From positions 1-59,482 of the forward strand of contig CAYXJO010000009.1 in the NCBI GenBank assembly GCA_964465205.1: a stretch of 59,482 nt of DNA. The letters are read 5' to 3'. A program made the position numbers and the translations under genes. Shown in pieces: positions 25,884 to 36,240 of this stretch. The stretch comes from an uncultured Gammaproteobacteria bacterium. GTDB lineage: Bacteria > Patescibacteriota > Patescibacteriia > Magasanikbacterales > GWA2-37-8. Positions within the stretch are counted from its first letter, which is position 1; each line of letters begins with the position of its first letter. The notes below the pieces were generated by a model. That model was not told the origin of the DNA and searched no databases. It saw only the letters and a program-made list of their open reading frames with translations.

Positions 25884-26486
25884 TTATTCCAAAATACCAT
25901 CTAAATTCACATCATACAAGATTTGTTCGGCCACCAAACGATACTTAATAATATCTTTCTTATCAAACCATAAAGCAATTTCACGCTGTGCCTCTTCTGG
26001 TTTATCAGAGCAATGAATCAAATTACGCACGGCACGACCGTCTACAGTAGACAAGTCATAAGAATCCAGTGTCAAATCACCACGGATAGTACCAACGTCA
26101 GATGTAAGGGGCTCAGTGCCGCCAACTATTTTCTTCACAATTCCAACCGCTTGATTTCCTTCCCAAATCATCGCCACCACCGGACCTGAAGTCATGAATT
26201 TTACCAACGCACGTACGATGTCTTTGCCGTATTCGATAGCCGGCTTTTCGACGGGCATGCCTGCCGCTTCGCGGCCGCGAATAGTATTCTGGCCTTTGGC
26301 CTCATACCAGGCATCGTCCTTATTGTAATGTTTCCAACACACATCCTCAGTTTGCACCACCAATTTGAGCGCCGCTAATTTCAATCCAGCACGCTCAAAG
26401 CGCTTGATAATCTCGCCGATTAAACCACGCTGTACACCATCCGGTTTGATGGCTACAAAACATTGTTCGTATTTTGGGTGATCCAT
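25884..26486 (-). CDS. ndk: Nucleoside diphosphate kinase
   Basis: IKPDGVQRGLIG, GTIRGD, RNLIHCSD. Confidence 0.96.
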   Translation of the reverse strand: MDHPKYEQCFVAIKPDGVQRGLIGEIIKRFERAGLKLAALKLVVQTEDVCWKHYNKDDAWYEAKGQNTIRGREAAGMPVEKPAIEYGKDIVRALVKFMTSGPVVAMIWEGNQAVGIVKKIVGGTEPLTSDVGTIRGDLTLDSYDLSTVDGRAVRNLIHCSDKPEEAQREIALWFDKKDIIKYRLVAEQILYDVNLDGILE

Positions 26487-26515
26487 ATATTTGAATTATG
26501 AATTTAATTGTTGCG

Positions 26516-26544
26516 ATTATACCAAAAAGAGTATAAAAAGTCAA
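26516..26544 (-). promoter_or_regulatory. ndk promoter
   Basis: TTGACT-17-TATAAT. Confidence 0.7.
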
Positions 26545-26551
26545 TATATTT

Positions 26552-26905
26552 TTACCATAATACTAGACGAAATTTCAAAGTTCGGCGTACTTTATCCAAA
26601 AACACTATCAGGCCAGCCAACACAACACATTCCTCACTGACATCACGACGATAACAATAAACTCGTACCGCTCGTTGAAATTTCATTCTTTTAAATCCAG
26701 TAATAGCATCATCATACGACAATGCGCGTTCCGTACGAGTTTTGACTTCAATAAAATAAATATCACTGCCCTTGCGAGCAATGATATCAATTTCTCCTGT
26801 AGTCGTATGAAAATTTTTATCTACAATTTCAAATCCTTGTCTAACCAAAAATTCACATGCCCGACTTTCTCCCCAATCACCCAAACTTTTTTCCCTCCTG
26901 ACCAT
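26552..26905 (-). CDS. YraN/UPF0102 family nuclease-like protein
   Basis: GDWGE, GEIDIIA, FIEVKTR. Confidence 0.93.
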   Translation of the reverse strand: MVRREKSLGDWGESRACEFLVRQGFEIVDKNFHTTTGEIDIIARKGSDIYFIEVKTRTERALSYDDAITGFKRMKFQRAVRVYCYRRDVSEECVVLAGLIVFLDKVRRTLKFRLVLW

Positions 26906-26907
26906 AA

Positions 26908-27312
26908 TTATTTTGATTGGGGCAAATACTTTTCCCGCTCTTCACGTTTACGTTTTTCTTCGTGTATCGCCGGAATACGTTTGATGGTATAAATCAGGTT
27001 ATTGATTCCCCACCAGGCACCCCCGGCCAACCATAGCAACAACCAAAATCTCCAAGCTAAAAAAGTAATATGCTCTTGACGGAAAAACATCCAGACCAGA
27101 CCAAGCAAACCCATGGTAATGCCCAAATTAGCCCAACGGCGCCACACTTCGCGGCTTAAACCATCATTTACGTAAGTACGCCAGATCCTAGCCACTAAAC
27201 CCAATAAAATTAAAATCAAAAAAGCTAAAATCCAAAACCACTTCACCCAACCAAAAGCGATAAACGGTTGTGAAAACCAATAATCCCAAGTTAACAAATT
27301 TCTAAAATTCAT
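26908..27312 (-). CDS. Hypothetical membrane protein
   Basis: Three TM helices, basic C-terminus (REKYLP). Confidence 0.75.
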   Translation of the reverse strand: MNFRNLLTWDYWFSQPFIAFGWVKWFWILAFLILILLGLVARIWRTYVNDGLSREVWRRWANLGITMGLLGLVWMFFRQEHITFLAWRFWLLLWLAGGAWWGINNLIYTIKRIPAIHEEKRKREEREKYLPQSK

Positions 27313-27328
27313 AATTTTTTTCGCCCCT

Positions 27329-27877
27329 CTACTTCTTAAAAATTAAACACTGATGATAATCACTTAGCGAACATTTGGATTCTAGCTTCAAGCCCATTTG
27401 TTGCGCCATTAATTCTAATTCATTAAAATTTATTTGCGATTCCGTAGCCGGTCCCAAGTTGGCCAGCTTCTTTTGCCAATCAATTATTACCAATTTTCCT
27501 CCATTCGTCAAGATGCGCACAGCTTCGGTCAACGCGGCGTTCTGGCTGGCAACCTGTGACATTACATTAATCATTAGACACACATCAATCGAACCGGATG
27601 GTATGGGCACTTGACCTACATCTTCAATATTGGCCCAAACAGTTTGTATGTTATCAAAACCATAACTTCGCACATTGCTGGCAATATTCTGCAGCACTTC
27701 TTCCAAAATATCAACCGCATACACAACGCCAGTATCCCCCACCAAGCGCGCGGCAGGAAAAACAAAGTGTCCTACCCTTCCACAACCCAAATCAGCCACT
27801 CGCATGCCTTTATCCAGGCCGACTTGCGACAAGACTTTATTGGGGTCGATAAGAGCAGTGCCGGAATGAGTAATCAT
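27329..27877 (-). CDS. Class I SAM-dependent methyltransferase
   Basis: VADLGCGRVG, VYAVDI, GKLVIIDW. Confidence 0.9.
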   Translation of the reverse strand: MITHSGTALIDPNKVLSQVGLDKGMRVADLGCGRVGHFVFPAARLVGDTGVVYAVDILEEVLQNIASNVRSYGFDNIQTVWANIEDVGQVPIPSGSIDVCLMINVMSQVASQNAALTEAVRILTNGGKLVIIDWQKKLANLGPATESQINFNELELMAQQMGLKLESKCSLSDYHQCLIFKK

Positions 27878-27886
27878 ACAAATTAA

Positions 27887-28138
27887 TTATTTCCCGGGAA
27901 TTAACAATTTACCAACTGTCGCCATCAGGAATCCCTCTTGCATGTTGGTGATAAATAAAAATCCGAAAAAAATTAACAATATCCCGATCACTTTATACAT
28001 TATGCGTGTGCCACCACTATAGCCAAACTTCTCTTCCGCCCAAGCATTGGTACCAAAATTTTGAATAAACCATTCGGTTTTGAGCACCAACGCTACCCCT
28101 ACAGCAGCCAATGCTATACCGATAAATATATGCCCCAT
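27887..28138 (-). CDS. Small membrane protein
   Basis: Two TM helices, WAEEKFGYSGGTR; start set after the tRNA-Leu gene. Confidence 0.75.
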   Translation of the reverse strand: MGHIFIGIALAAVGVALVLKTEWFIQNFGTNAWAEEKFGYSGGTRIMYKVIGILLIFFGFLFITNMQEGFLMATVGKLLIPGK

Positions 28139-28168
28139 ATTTTTTGTTCTCCTTACTTTTTCTCCTTT

Positions 28169-28255
28169 TGGTGCGCGGGAGAGGATTCGAACCTCCAAGC
28201 CCTTGCGAGCGCTACCACCTCAAGGTAGTGCGTCTACCAATTTCGCCACCCGCGC
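28169..28255 (-). tRNA. tRNA-Leu(GAG) with encoded CCA
   Basis: GCGCGGGTGGCGAAATTGGTAGACGCACTACCTTGAGGTGGTAGCGCTCGCAAGGGCTTGGAGGTTCGAATCCTCTCCCGCGCACCA, long variable arm. Confidence 0.97.
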
Positions 28256-28260
28256 TTAAT

Positions 28261-29025
28261 TTAAAATTTGCGATCCCGACCTACAATCATATTGATTTTG
28301 CCGTGCGCCAGTTTTATTTTTACTTTAATTTCCTTGGATTTTTTACCATCCGCCTCCACTATGAATGGATCCTTGGCATTTATCTCCATTTCTTCAAACG
28401 GAAAAATACTTGGCTCCTCATATTTATACCCCCAAAAGCGTTCTCTTGTCAATGGTCGCAAGAAGGCTTCCAGTTTATTATCCTGCGGATGTACCATCTG
28501 TTGCTCTTTACTCTTTTTATGTTTTTTCCAAAAAAATGGCTGTAAATTGCATACCACCACTTCCATCAAATCGTTCGCATATACTTTGAAACGCTCGTCG
28601 TATACTACTTCTAATTTGGCCGGATAAACGTGCAACTGAGACACAAAGTATCGATTGTTCATCCAACCAACATCTAGTAACTCTCGACGACGGCGTGACA
28701 GTACTTCACACGCACCTTCGCCCACTGGAATACCCAAAACACTAGCAATAGTATTCTGAGGACCCACCGGCAAAAATCCAAACGTACAATCACAAGTGGC
28801 ACTGCGTGACAAAACATGTCCAAAAGTTTCATCATTACCTACGATCACTACGGTTTTGGCACCACGCTTTATTTCGTCTTCAATAATCGGACGGGCATCG
28901 GTGTAATTGGTAAGACGCAAAATCTTACCCGCAATACCATAATCGGTCAAGCGAATCTCAATTGCTTTTACAACCTGCTCAAACTTTTTCTGACGCAGAA
29001 AATTGTCGTAGATATAGACATACAT
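28261..29025 (-). CDS. Diacylglycerol/lipid kinase-like protein (degenerate)
   Basis: VVIVGNDETF, FLPVGPQNTIASVLGI, DVGWMN..YF. Confidence 0.75.
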   Translation of the reverse strand: MYVYIYDNFLRQKKFEQVVKAIEIRLTDYGIAGKILRLTNYTDARPIIEDEIKRGAKTVVIVGNDETFGHVLSRSATCDCTFGFLPVGPQNTIASVLGIPVGEGACEVLSRRRRELLDVGWMNNRYFVSQLHVYPAKLEVVYDERFKVYANDLMEVVVCNLQPFFWKKHKKSKEQQMVHPQDNKLEAFLRPLTRERFWGYKYEEPSIFPFEEMEINAKDPFIVEADGKKSKEIKVKIKLAHGKINMIVGRDRKF

Positions 29026-29051
29026 AATTCTTCTTCTATTCTCCTCCTGTA

Positions 29052-29531
29052 TTAAGCATCCATTATCACTGTCTGCTCTTCGACTTTTTTACTTACACTC
29101 TTTTTATATGCTTTGGATTCCGCTTCAAGACCGGGCATAATAATCTTGCCTAAAATAAGTGCACCCGCCTCTACCGCCAACACCTTCACCTCAATATCCC
29201 CCAATACGCGCGCAGATGACATAAGTTCCAAAGTATCTTTGATTTTCATATTGCCACGTACTTCGCCGGCAATCTGCGCGCTGCCCGCACGGACGTTGGC
29301 CAAAATTTTTGCACCACTCTCCACCACCAAATGTCGGCTGGTATGAACACTGCCCGACACAGAACCTTTGACAATGATATTACCCTCGGACGAAAAATCT
29401 CCTTCAACATTCACGGAAGGACCAACTACGGTCTCCACAGTATCCTCTGAGCTGGGCGCATATTGAGTATTTTCGTTCGCGACTTCTTCATTCTCATAAA
29501 CACTTTTTGGAGATGTCTTTTGGAAAATCAT
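29052..29531 (-). CDS. Bactofilin (polymer-forming cytoskeletal protein)
   Basis: TVVGPSVNVEGD, IIVKGSVSG, GEVRGN, VEAGA. Confidence 0.93.
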   Translation of the reverse strand: MIFQKTSPKSVYENEEVANENTQYAPSSEDTVETVVGPSVNVEGDFSSEGNIIVKGSVSGSVHTSRHLVVESGAKILANVRAGSAQIAGEVRGNMKIKDTLELMSSARVLGDIEVKVLAVEAGALILGKIIMPGLEAESKAYKKSVSKKVEEQTVIMDA

Positions 29532-29633
29532 AGTGATATAAAATTAAATTTAATTTATAAAATAATTAAAATGATTTAAATTTAGTACAAAACAAAATTA
29601 ATAATACGTGTTATATCCATTAACATAATTATA

Positions 29634-31343
29634 CTACATTTCCGCCACGGTATCAATTGTAAGCAATCGTAAAGCATTTTCCAACACTTGTTTGGTGGCC
29701 AAAGCTAAATCCAATCGCGCTGATGTTAAATCGGCATTCTCGGCATTCAATACGCTGTGCTTGTTATAAAAATCATTAAATGATTTGGCAACATCGAAGA
29801 CATATTTTACTATTACCGATGGATTATAATTAGCAAAGGCTTTGGCAATTATATCTTCGAATTGACTAAGCAACATAATCAGATTTTTTTCTTCCTGCTC
29901 TACCAGCAAATCATGGTTGGTAAGGGTAATATTTTTTATCTTGGATTTGCGAACCAAACTATTGATGCGCGCCACCACATAAAGCACATAGGGGCCAGTG
30001 AACCCATCAAAACTACTCGCGGCACTCGCGTCAAAAGTCATATTTTTTTCGGCTTCATGTTTGAGAAATTCAAATTTGATAGCGGCCAAAGACAATACTA
30101 AGGCGGTATTGACAGTTTTCTTTTGCGACCAATCTTCGTGACGTTGTTTAGTTTCGTGATAAATCTTGTTGTACACCTCGGCACGCACATCTTCGTACAA
30201 AACCACATTACCGGCACGTGAAGACATTTTACCAGACGCTAAACTCACCAGCCCATAACCAATATGTTTCATGCGGTACTGGTAGCCGGCTAATTCCAAT
30301 ATTTTGAATAGTTGATTGAAATAAAAATTTTGTTCTGATCCAGTCAGGTGCACACTCTCAAAAATGCCGGGATATTTTTTATTTTTTGCGAGCGCTAAAC
30401 CCAAATCACTAGTCAAGTATAAACCAGCGCCATTACTTTTGCGCAATAGGCCAATATCCAAACCATATTTTTTCAAGTCGACGATGATCGCGCCACCTTC
30501 CCCTACCTGAGCAATTTTATTGGACAATAATTCATCCACAATATCTTGCCCGATCAGTTTCACATCTTGTTCGTAAAATACATGGCGATGAAAACAGCCA
30601 AGCTCTCGGAATACTTGGTCAAATTTTTTGATACTCCATTGGCGCGTTTTTTGATACAACGGCCAAACCTCTTTATCGCGCGCTTCGAGTTTGGTTTGCA
30701 AATCATATACTGCTGACTTTTCTTCTGGATGACTTTCTAAATACTGTGATGCTTGCGCATAAATTTGTCCCAACCATTTTTGCTCTTCACCTCTGGGCGG
30801 AGTTTCGTCAGTATGAAACTTTTGAATACCCCACAAACATTTGGAAACATGCGCGCCCAAATCATTTAAATAATTAATCGGTATTACTCTAAAATCGTTT
30901 GCTTCAAACAATTTAACCAATGAATTACCGATACAAATATTACGCAGATGGCCGACATGAAGCTCTTTGTGTGTATTATTACTCGGATACTCAATAATCA
31001 CCTTTTTGTCTTTGCCGATATGGCCATAACCATATTTTTGTTTTGATCGCTTGATAGAACCGAGTGTTGTTTTGGCGATTGTGCCGGGATCCAGAAAAAA
31101 GTTAACATACGGACCGGTGATTTCAACCCTGTCTATGCCACAAGTATTCAAATCCATTTGGGCCAGTTTGATCTGTAAATCCTGCGCTGCTTGCACCGGG
31201 CTAATTTTTTGCTCTTTGGCCAAATCAAAACAAGCAAAAGCCAAATCGCCTAACTCCGCTTTTGGTGGCGTCGACAATGTCACCTCACCAGTCACACCGG
31301 CTGACTTTAACAGTCCTATTACTTGTTGATTGACCAATAACAT
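29634..31343 (-). CDS. argS: Arginine--tRNA ligase
   Basis: GPYVNF, PSNNTHKELHVGHLRN, MSSRAG, GPYVLY. Confidence 0.96.
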   Translation of the reverse strand: MLLVNQQVIGLLKSAGVTGEVTLSTPPKAELGDLAFACFDLAKEQKISPVQAAQDLQIKLAQMDLNTCGIDRVEITGPYVNFFLDPGTIAKTTLGSIKRSKQKYGYGHIGKDKKVIIEYPSNNTHKELHVGHLRNICIGNSLVKLFEANDFRVIPINYLNDLGAHVSKCLWGIQKFHTDETPPRGEEQKWLGQIYAQASQYLESHPEEKSAVYDLQTKLEARDKEVWPLYQKTRQWSIKKFDQVFRELGCFHRHVFYEQDVKLIGQDIVDELLSNKIAQVGEGGAIIVDLKKYGLDIGLLRKSNGAGLYLTSDLGLALAKNKKYPGIFESVHLTGSEQNFYFNQLFKILELAGYQYRMKHIGYGLVSLASGKMSSRAGNVVLYEDVRAEVYNKIYHETKQRHEDWSQKKTVNTALVLSLAAIKFEFLKHEAEKNMTFDASAASSFDGFTGPYVLYVVARINSLVRKSKIKNITLTNHDLLVEQEEKNLIMLLSQFEDIIAKAFANYNPSVIVKYVFDVAKSFNDFYNKHSVLNAENADLTSARLDLALATKQVLENALRLLTIDTVAEM

Positions 31344-31344
31344 A

Positions 31345-32535
31345 TTATAAAACTTTTACAAACCAACGGCTACCCTTCTGTACAATATCGCCGGATTTTA
31401 TCAAAGCGGCATAATCGCCTTGACCGACTTTACTGTCGTTGATTTTGACTCCACCCTGATCGATTACTTGACGAGCCTCGGATTTGCTCTTACAAATTTT
31501 ACTCTCAACCAATACCGTGGCCAGATCATATGACGTGGGCTTAATCTCTGGCATTTCATCCGGTGTTTCTTTTTTACTAAAGGTGGAAATAAAATATTCC
31601 TGCGCTTTTACGGCTTCGGCATCGCCGTGGTACATGCGTACAAATTCACCGGCAAGCTTCATTTTAATATCACGTGGATTGGTTCCGCCGGCTAAAGATT
31701 TTTCATATTCCGCGATTTCAACCAAAGGAACACGGGTGGCGAGTGTATAATATTTAATAATTAAACCATCAGCAATTGACATTACTTTGCCAAACATATC
31801 ATTGGGTTCGGACATGAGATTGATCGTATTGCCCCAACTAGAACTCATCTTGCGTCCATCAGTGCCTTCAAGCAGTGGCCCCATCATAATATCTTGAGGC
31901 TCTTGATTATAGTGTGCTTGCAAAGTTCGCCCAGCCAAAAGATTGAATCGCTGGTCGCGCCCACCTAACTCTACATCGGATTTTATTGCCACACTATCAT
32001 AGCCCTGCATGAGTGGATACAACATTTCGCGCAAAGATACGCGCGTGCCTGCATCCAGACGCTTCTTGATATTTTCGCGGGCAATAAATTCGGCAACCGA
32101 AAACTCATTGGCCTGTTCCGAGATGTCGTGAAAGTTCAACTTACCTAACCATTCGCTATTTTTGTATTTTTCACACTCACGAATATCAATAATTTTAGCC
32201 GCTTGTTCAAAATATCCTTCCAAATTGGCTTCGACTTGTGCCTTGGTGAGCATCGGACGTTCGCTGTCTTTGTCGGAAGTGTCGCCCACTACACCGGTAA
32301 AATCCCCAATGATAAATACAACTTGATGACCAAGTTCCTGAAAATCACGTAGCTTGAGAAGCGGTACAGAACGGCCGATATGAATATTGGGGCTGGTGGG
32401 GTCAATACCAAGCTTGACACGGAGTTGTTTGCCGGATTTTAGTTTTGCTTCAAGATGCGCACGATCGATTATTTCTTCTACGCCACGGGTGAGAAGCTCC
32501 TCGATTTTTTGTGGATCGGTATTTATTTTTGTCAT
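31345..32535 (-). CDS. tyrS: Tyrosine--tRNA ligase
   Basis: GIDPTSPNIHIG, YPLMQGYD, GGRDQ, KMSSS, C-terminal S4. Confidence 0.97.
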   Translation of the reverse strand: MTKINTDPQKIEELLTRGVEEIIDRAHLEAKLKSGKQLRVKLGIDPTSPNIHIGRSVPLLKLRDFQELGHQVVFIIGDFTGVVGDTSDKDSERPMLTKAQVEANLEGYFEQAAKIIDIRECEKYKNSEWLGKLNFHDISEQANEFSVAEFIARENIKKRLDAGTRVSLREMLYPLMQGYDSVAIKSDVELGGRDQRFNLLAGRTLQAHYNQEPQDIMMGPLLEGTDGRKMSSSWGNTINLMSEPNDMFGKVMSIADGLIIKYYTLATRVPLVEIAEYEKSLAGGTNPRDIKMKLAGEFVRMYHGDAEAVKAQEYFISTFSKKETPDEMPEIKPTSYDLATVLVESKICKSKSEARQVIDQGGVKINDSKVGQGDYAALIKSGDIVQKGSRWFVKVL

Positions 32536-32552
32536 ATATTTTAAATTACTAA

Positions 32553-33353
32553 TTACAAACCAATTTCCTTACTACAATTTGCTCCTGTGGTATTACAATC
32601 AAAAATCTTTTGGCCCAACACATCCACAGTCCCGATCGTGCAATCATTAATATTCCAAGTTGAACCATGGATGGTGACTAATGGAAATTTTTTGGAACGC
32701 GCCAGTTCGTGTTGTGGAGTATACATAATATCGCCCGGTAATATATTAGCATGGCATTGACTAAATAAACTAATGGTGTTTTCACATTTTATACTATCCG
32801 ACACGGCACTATTAATCAACCCACGAAAATTCCCCAATCCAATCTCTCCCCATTTAAAATTAAGATAAAAAACTACACTGTTATCATCATTGTCCAATTT
32901 ACTCGAAACTGCTTCGACTAATAATTGTGCGGCGGTGTTTTGTTTGAATCTTTCTAGTTCGGATTTTTTTATTCTCACCACATCATTGGTTCGATGTCTC
33001 AAGTACATGTCTCCAACTTTTATATAATATGAAAAAGTATAAGTGTGACTATCGTTATAGCCGTCATTTTCCCAAATCCAACCCAGAAAGATGTGCTTAT
33101 CAAAATAATCTTTGCTAATTTTATTAACCGACATTATTGATTGCTTCCAAATTTCATATATTATTTTTTGGTCATCGCCCAATCTAAAAGCTTGAATATT
33201 TTTTTCTGCGTCTTCTTTATTTTTTTTACAATAATTACTTATCTCGCTGGAATTATCAATGGTAATAAACCTATCAATACTGGTACCTGTTTTAAGCGAA
33301 CACCCCGACGCACACAACACAATAAACAGCAACCCCAAGATAATTTTTTTCAT
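32553..33353 (-). CDS. Hypothetical lipoprotein
   Basis: MKKIILGLLFIVLCASGC lipobox. Confidence 0.75.
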   Translation of the reverse strand: MKKIILGLLFIVLCASGCSLKTGTSIDRFITIDNSSEISNYCKKNKEDAEKNIQAFRLGDDQKIIYEIWKQSIMSVNKISKDYFDKHIFLGWIWENDGYNDSHTYTFSYYIKVGDMYLRHRTNDVVRIKKSELERFKQNTAAQLLVEAVSSKLDNDDNSVVFYLNFKWGEIGLGNFRGLINSAVSDSIKCENTISLFSQCHANILPGDIMYTPQHELARSKKFPLVTIHGSTWNINDCTIGTVDVLGQKIFDCNTTGANCSKEIGL

Positions 33354-33354
33354 A

Positions 33355-36048
33355 TTAAATTGTGTTTAATTGCGAAGATAATTTTTTAATTTTTTCCTCC
33401 GCCTCAGCTAGTTTGGCACGCTCTTTTTCTACCACGGCTGGCGGGGCGTTTTGAACGAACTCCACATTAGCCAATTTGGCCTTTACCCCCGCTACATACC
33501 CCTCCAAAGCCTTAATTTCGGCCTCCAAACGGGCTTTTTCCTTGGCAACGTCAATCACACCGGCTAGGTCCAAAAACACCTCACAGGAGCCCACAACCAC
33601 ACCGACAGAATTGGCTGGTTTTTCCACTTTTGGGGCGATCATCAAAGATTCCAAACGAGCCATACCTTCGATGATTTTCCGATTGTCTTCAAGTAATTTT
33701 ACTTGGCTGCCGGCACTGATAGATACGTTTATCTTTTTTGCTGGTTCGATTTTGTTGTCGGCACGGAGTGAACGGATGGCGGTGATAATATTTTCAACCA
33801 GATCGTTCTGCAACAGGACATCGGGATGGTAAGTATCTATTTTTATATATTTATCGTCCACAAAATCCGGGTTAAATTGTTTGTTGACTTGCGGCCATTT
33901 CTCAATCATCAAAATTTTATCCGCACCATACATCTCTTGCCAAATCTGCTCGGTAACAAAAGGCATAAACGGGTGCCAGAGTTTCAAAATGGTATTCAAA
34001 ATATAATTAAGCGCTTCGGATTTACCACCTTCGATCTTGGCTTTCTCTAAGTACCAATCAGCCAGATAGTTCCAGGTAAAATCACGTAATTCATCCCCCG
34101 CAACAGATAGTTGATAGGATTCGATAAAACTGCGAACGTTCGCTGATACTTCCGAAAGCTTTTCAAGAATCGCCTCATCAGCCAAAGTTTTTCCTTTCGG
34201 TAATTCGATTTCAATTTTCGGTTTCTCAATCGTCATGAGCATGAATCGGCTCATGTTCCAAAGTTTATTGGTAAAATTACGAAAGCCAGCAATCTTTTCT
34301 TCGGATAATTTTACATCATTGCCCGGGGTGTTGCCCAGAATCAACGACAGACGTGTGGCATCAGCGCCATATTTACCAATCGTATCCAACGGGTCAATTA
34401 CGTTGCCGAGGGATTTGCTCATCTTTCTCCCCTGCTCGTCACGCACAAGCCCATGCAAATAAACTTTTTCAAAAGGAATTTCGCCAAGATTGTATGTAGT
34501 CATTAGTACCATGCGCGCCACCCAAAAAAACAAAATATCATAACCAGTCTCCATAAGTGAATTCGGATGAAATGTTTGCAAGTCTTTGGTTTTTTCTGGC
34601 CAACCGAGAGTAGAAAAGGTCCAGAGCCCGGAAGAAAACCAAGTGTCTAGCGTATCGGGGTCTTGCGTCCAGCCGTCGCCGGCGGGAGCTTCTACTCCCA
34701 CAAAAATTTCTTCACCGCGATACCACACCGGTATTCTGTGCCCAAACCAAATCTGGCGGCTAATGCACCAATCGCGCAAATTATCTATCCAATGAAAATA
34801 AGTTTTATCAAAACGTTCTGGAATAATTTCAATTTGCTTGTTTTCCACTACCTGACGCATTAATTTTTTCAAACTAACAGTCGCGCCAGATTTAATACCT
34901 TCAATTTTGGAATCTTTTAAAACAAATTCTTTATTGACATCGATAAACCACTGGCGCGAAGGCAAAGGTTCTACCGCCGTACCACAACGATAACAAACTG
35001 ATAAATTATTTTGATAATTATCTTCAATGTGATCAATTAAGCCCATTTTTTTCATATCATCTACTATCGCAGTGCGCGCCTCTACGGTTGTCATACCTGC
35101 ATACTTGCCACAATTAGCCATCATGCGACCATCTTCGTCAATAATTTGTTTACCGGCTATACCATGACGCTTGGCAATATCATAATCCGCAAAACTATGA
35201 TAAGGAGTAACTTTTACCGCACCGGAACCAAAAGATATGTCGACCGCATCATCAGCTACCACAGTAATTTCAAACTCACCCAAAACACCTGGAATCATAT
35301 ATTTTTTGCCAACCATACTCCGATAACGTTCGTCTGCTGGGTTCACCGCCACAGCAGTATCGCCTAGTTTGGTCTCTGGACGCGTAGTCGCCAAAACAAA
35401 CGGACCGTATTTAATCCAATATAATTTAGCATTTCCATCTGGCTTGTACTCCACTTCATCGTCGGCCAACGTGGAGTGGCAGCGCGGGCACCAATTTACC
35501 ATTCTGTACCCACGATACACCAATCCATCGTCATACATTTTCTTGAAAACAGTTCGCACGGCAAAATTACGTGTTTCGTCAAGCGTGTATGCTTCTCTAC
35601 TCCAATCTAAACTCGAACCCATTTTTTTGCACTGATTCACAATTGTATCATGTGATGCTTGGGCGAATTTTTTTACTTCTTCTAAAAATTTTTCTCGGCC
35701 CAATTCTTTTTTTGGATCTTTCGTGCCTTTTTCAATTAGCAACTTTTCTACTTTGGTCTGAGTCGCGATGGCAGCATGGTCGGTACCTGGTAGCCAAAGC
35801 GTCTTATCGCCCTTCATACGATGATAGCGCACGACGAGATCCTGGATAGCGAGCATCATGGCGTGTCCCACATGCAACGTGCCAGTAACATTAGGTGGCG
35901 GCAAAACAATCGAAAACTGTTTGGCATCAGGGGTGCAAACCTTTTCTTTTTCACAAGTATCCGGATTAAAAAAATCACTCTCCTCCCATTTTTTATAGAT
36001 TTCATCCTCGTACTTCTGAGGTTCGTAATTTTTGGGCAATTCTGACAT
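33355..36048 (-). CDS. valS: Valine--tRNA ligase
   Basis: PPPNVTGTLHVGH, DWCISRQIWFGH, KMSKS, C-terminal coiled coil. Confidence 0.98.
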   Translation of the reverse strand: MSELPKNYEPQKYEDEIYKKWEESDFFNPDTCEKEKVCTPDAKQFSIVLPPPNVTGTLHVGHAMMLAIQDLVVRYHRMKGDKTLWLPGTDHAAIATQTKVEKLLIEKGTKDPKKELGREKFLEEVKKFAQASHDTIVNQCKKMGSSLDWSREAYTLDETRNFAVRTVFKKMYDDGLVYRGYRMVNWCPRCHSTLADDEVEYKPDGNAKLYWIKYGPFVLATTRPETKLGDTAVAVNPADERYRSMVGKKYMIPGVLGEFEITVVADDAVDISFGSGAVKVTPYHSFADYDIAKRHGIAGKQIIDEDGRMMANCGKYAGMTTVEARTAIVDDMKKMGLIDHIEDNYQNNLSVCYRCGTAVEPLPSRQWFIDVNKEFVLKDSKIEGIKSGATVSLKKLMRQVVENKQIEIIPERFDKTYFHWIDNLRDWCISRQIWFGHRIPVWYRGEEIFVGVEAPAGDGWTQDPDTLDTWFSSGLWTFSTLGWPEKTKDLQTFHPNSLMETGYDILFFWVARMVLMTTYNLGEIPFEKVYLHGLVRDEQGRKMSKSLGNVIDPLDTIGKYGADATRLSLILGNTPGNDVKLSEEKIAGFRNFTNKLWNMSRFMLMTIEKPKIEIELPKGKTLADEAILEKLSEVSANVRSFIESYQLSVAGDELRDFTWNYLADWYLEKAKIEGGKSEALNYILNTILKLWHPFMPFVTEQIWQEMYGADKILMIEKWPQVNKQFNPDFVDDKYIKIDTYHPDVLLQNDLVENIITAIRSLRADNKIEPAKKINVSISAGSQVKLLEDNRKIIEGMARLESLMIAPKVEKPANSVGVVVGSCEVFLDLAGVIDVAKEKARLEAEIKALEGYVAGVKAKLANVEFVQNAPPAVVEKERAKLAEAEEKIKKLSSQLNTI

Positions 36049-36118
36049 AAAAATATATAATAATAGAATACCGACTAACGGAAAATCGGCTCAATAAACA
36101 CTAAAATATTACAAAGCA

Positions 36119-36147
36119 ATTATACTAAAAACTGCCAAATTTTGCAA
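36119..36147 (-). promoter_or_regulatory. valS promoter
   Basis: TTGCAA-17-TATAAT. Confidence 0.7.
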
Positions 36148-36211
36148 TATTTTTAGTGTTTTCATAAAAAATACATTAAATTACTTATCCACAGGCCAAT
36201 TTTGCCCATAG

Positions 36212-36240
36212 TTGACAATAAAACCAATAGTTGATAGTAT
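36212..36240 (+). promoter_or_regulatory. Promoter for the DHH-like gene
   Basis: TTGACA-17-TAGTAT. Confidence 0.65.

Noticed and set aside
28144-28545. 133-aa plus-strand ORF
   Set aside because: Antisense reading of tRNA-Leu and the kinase-like gene
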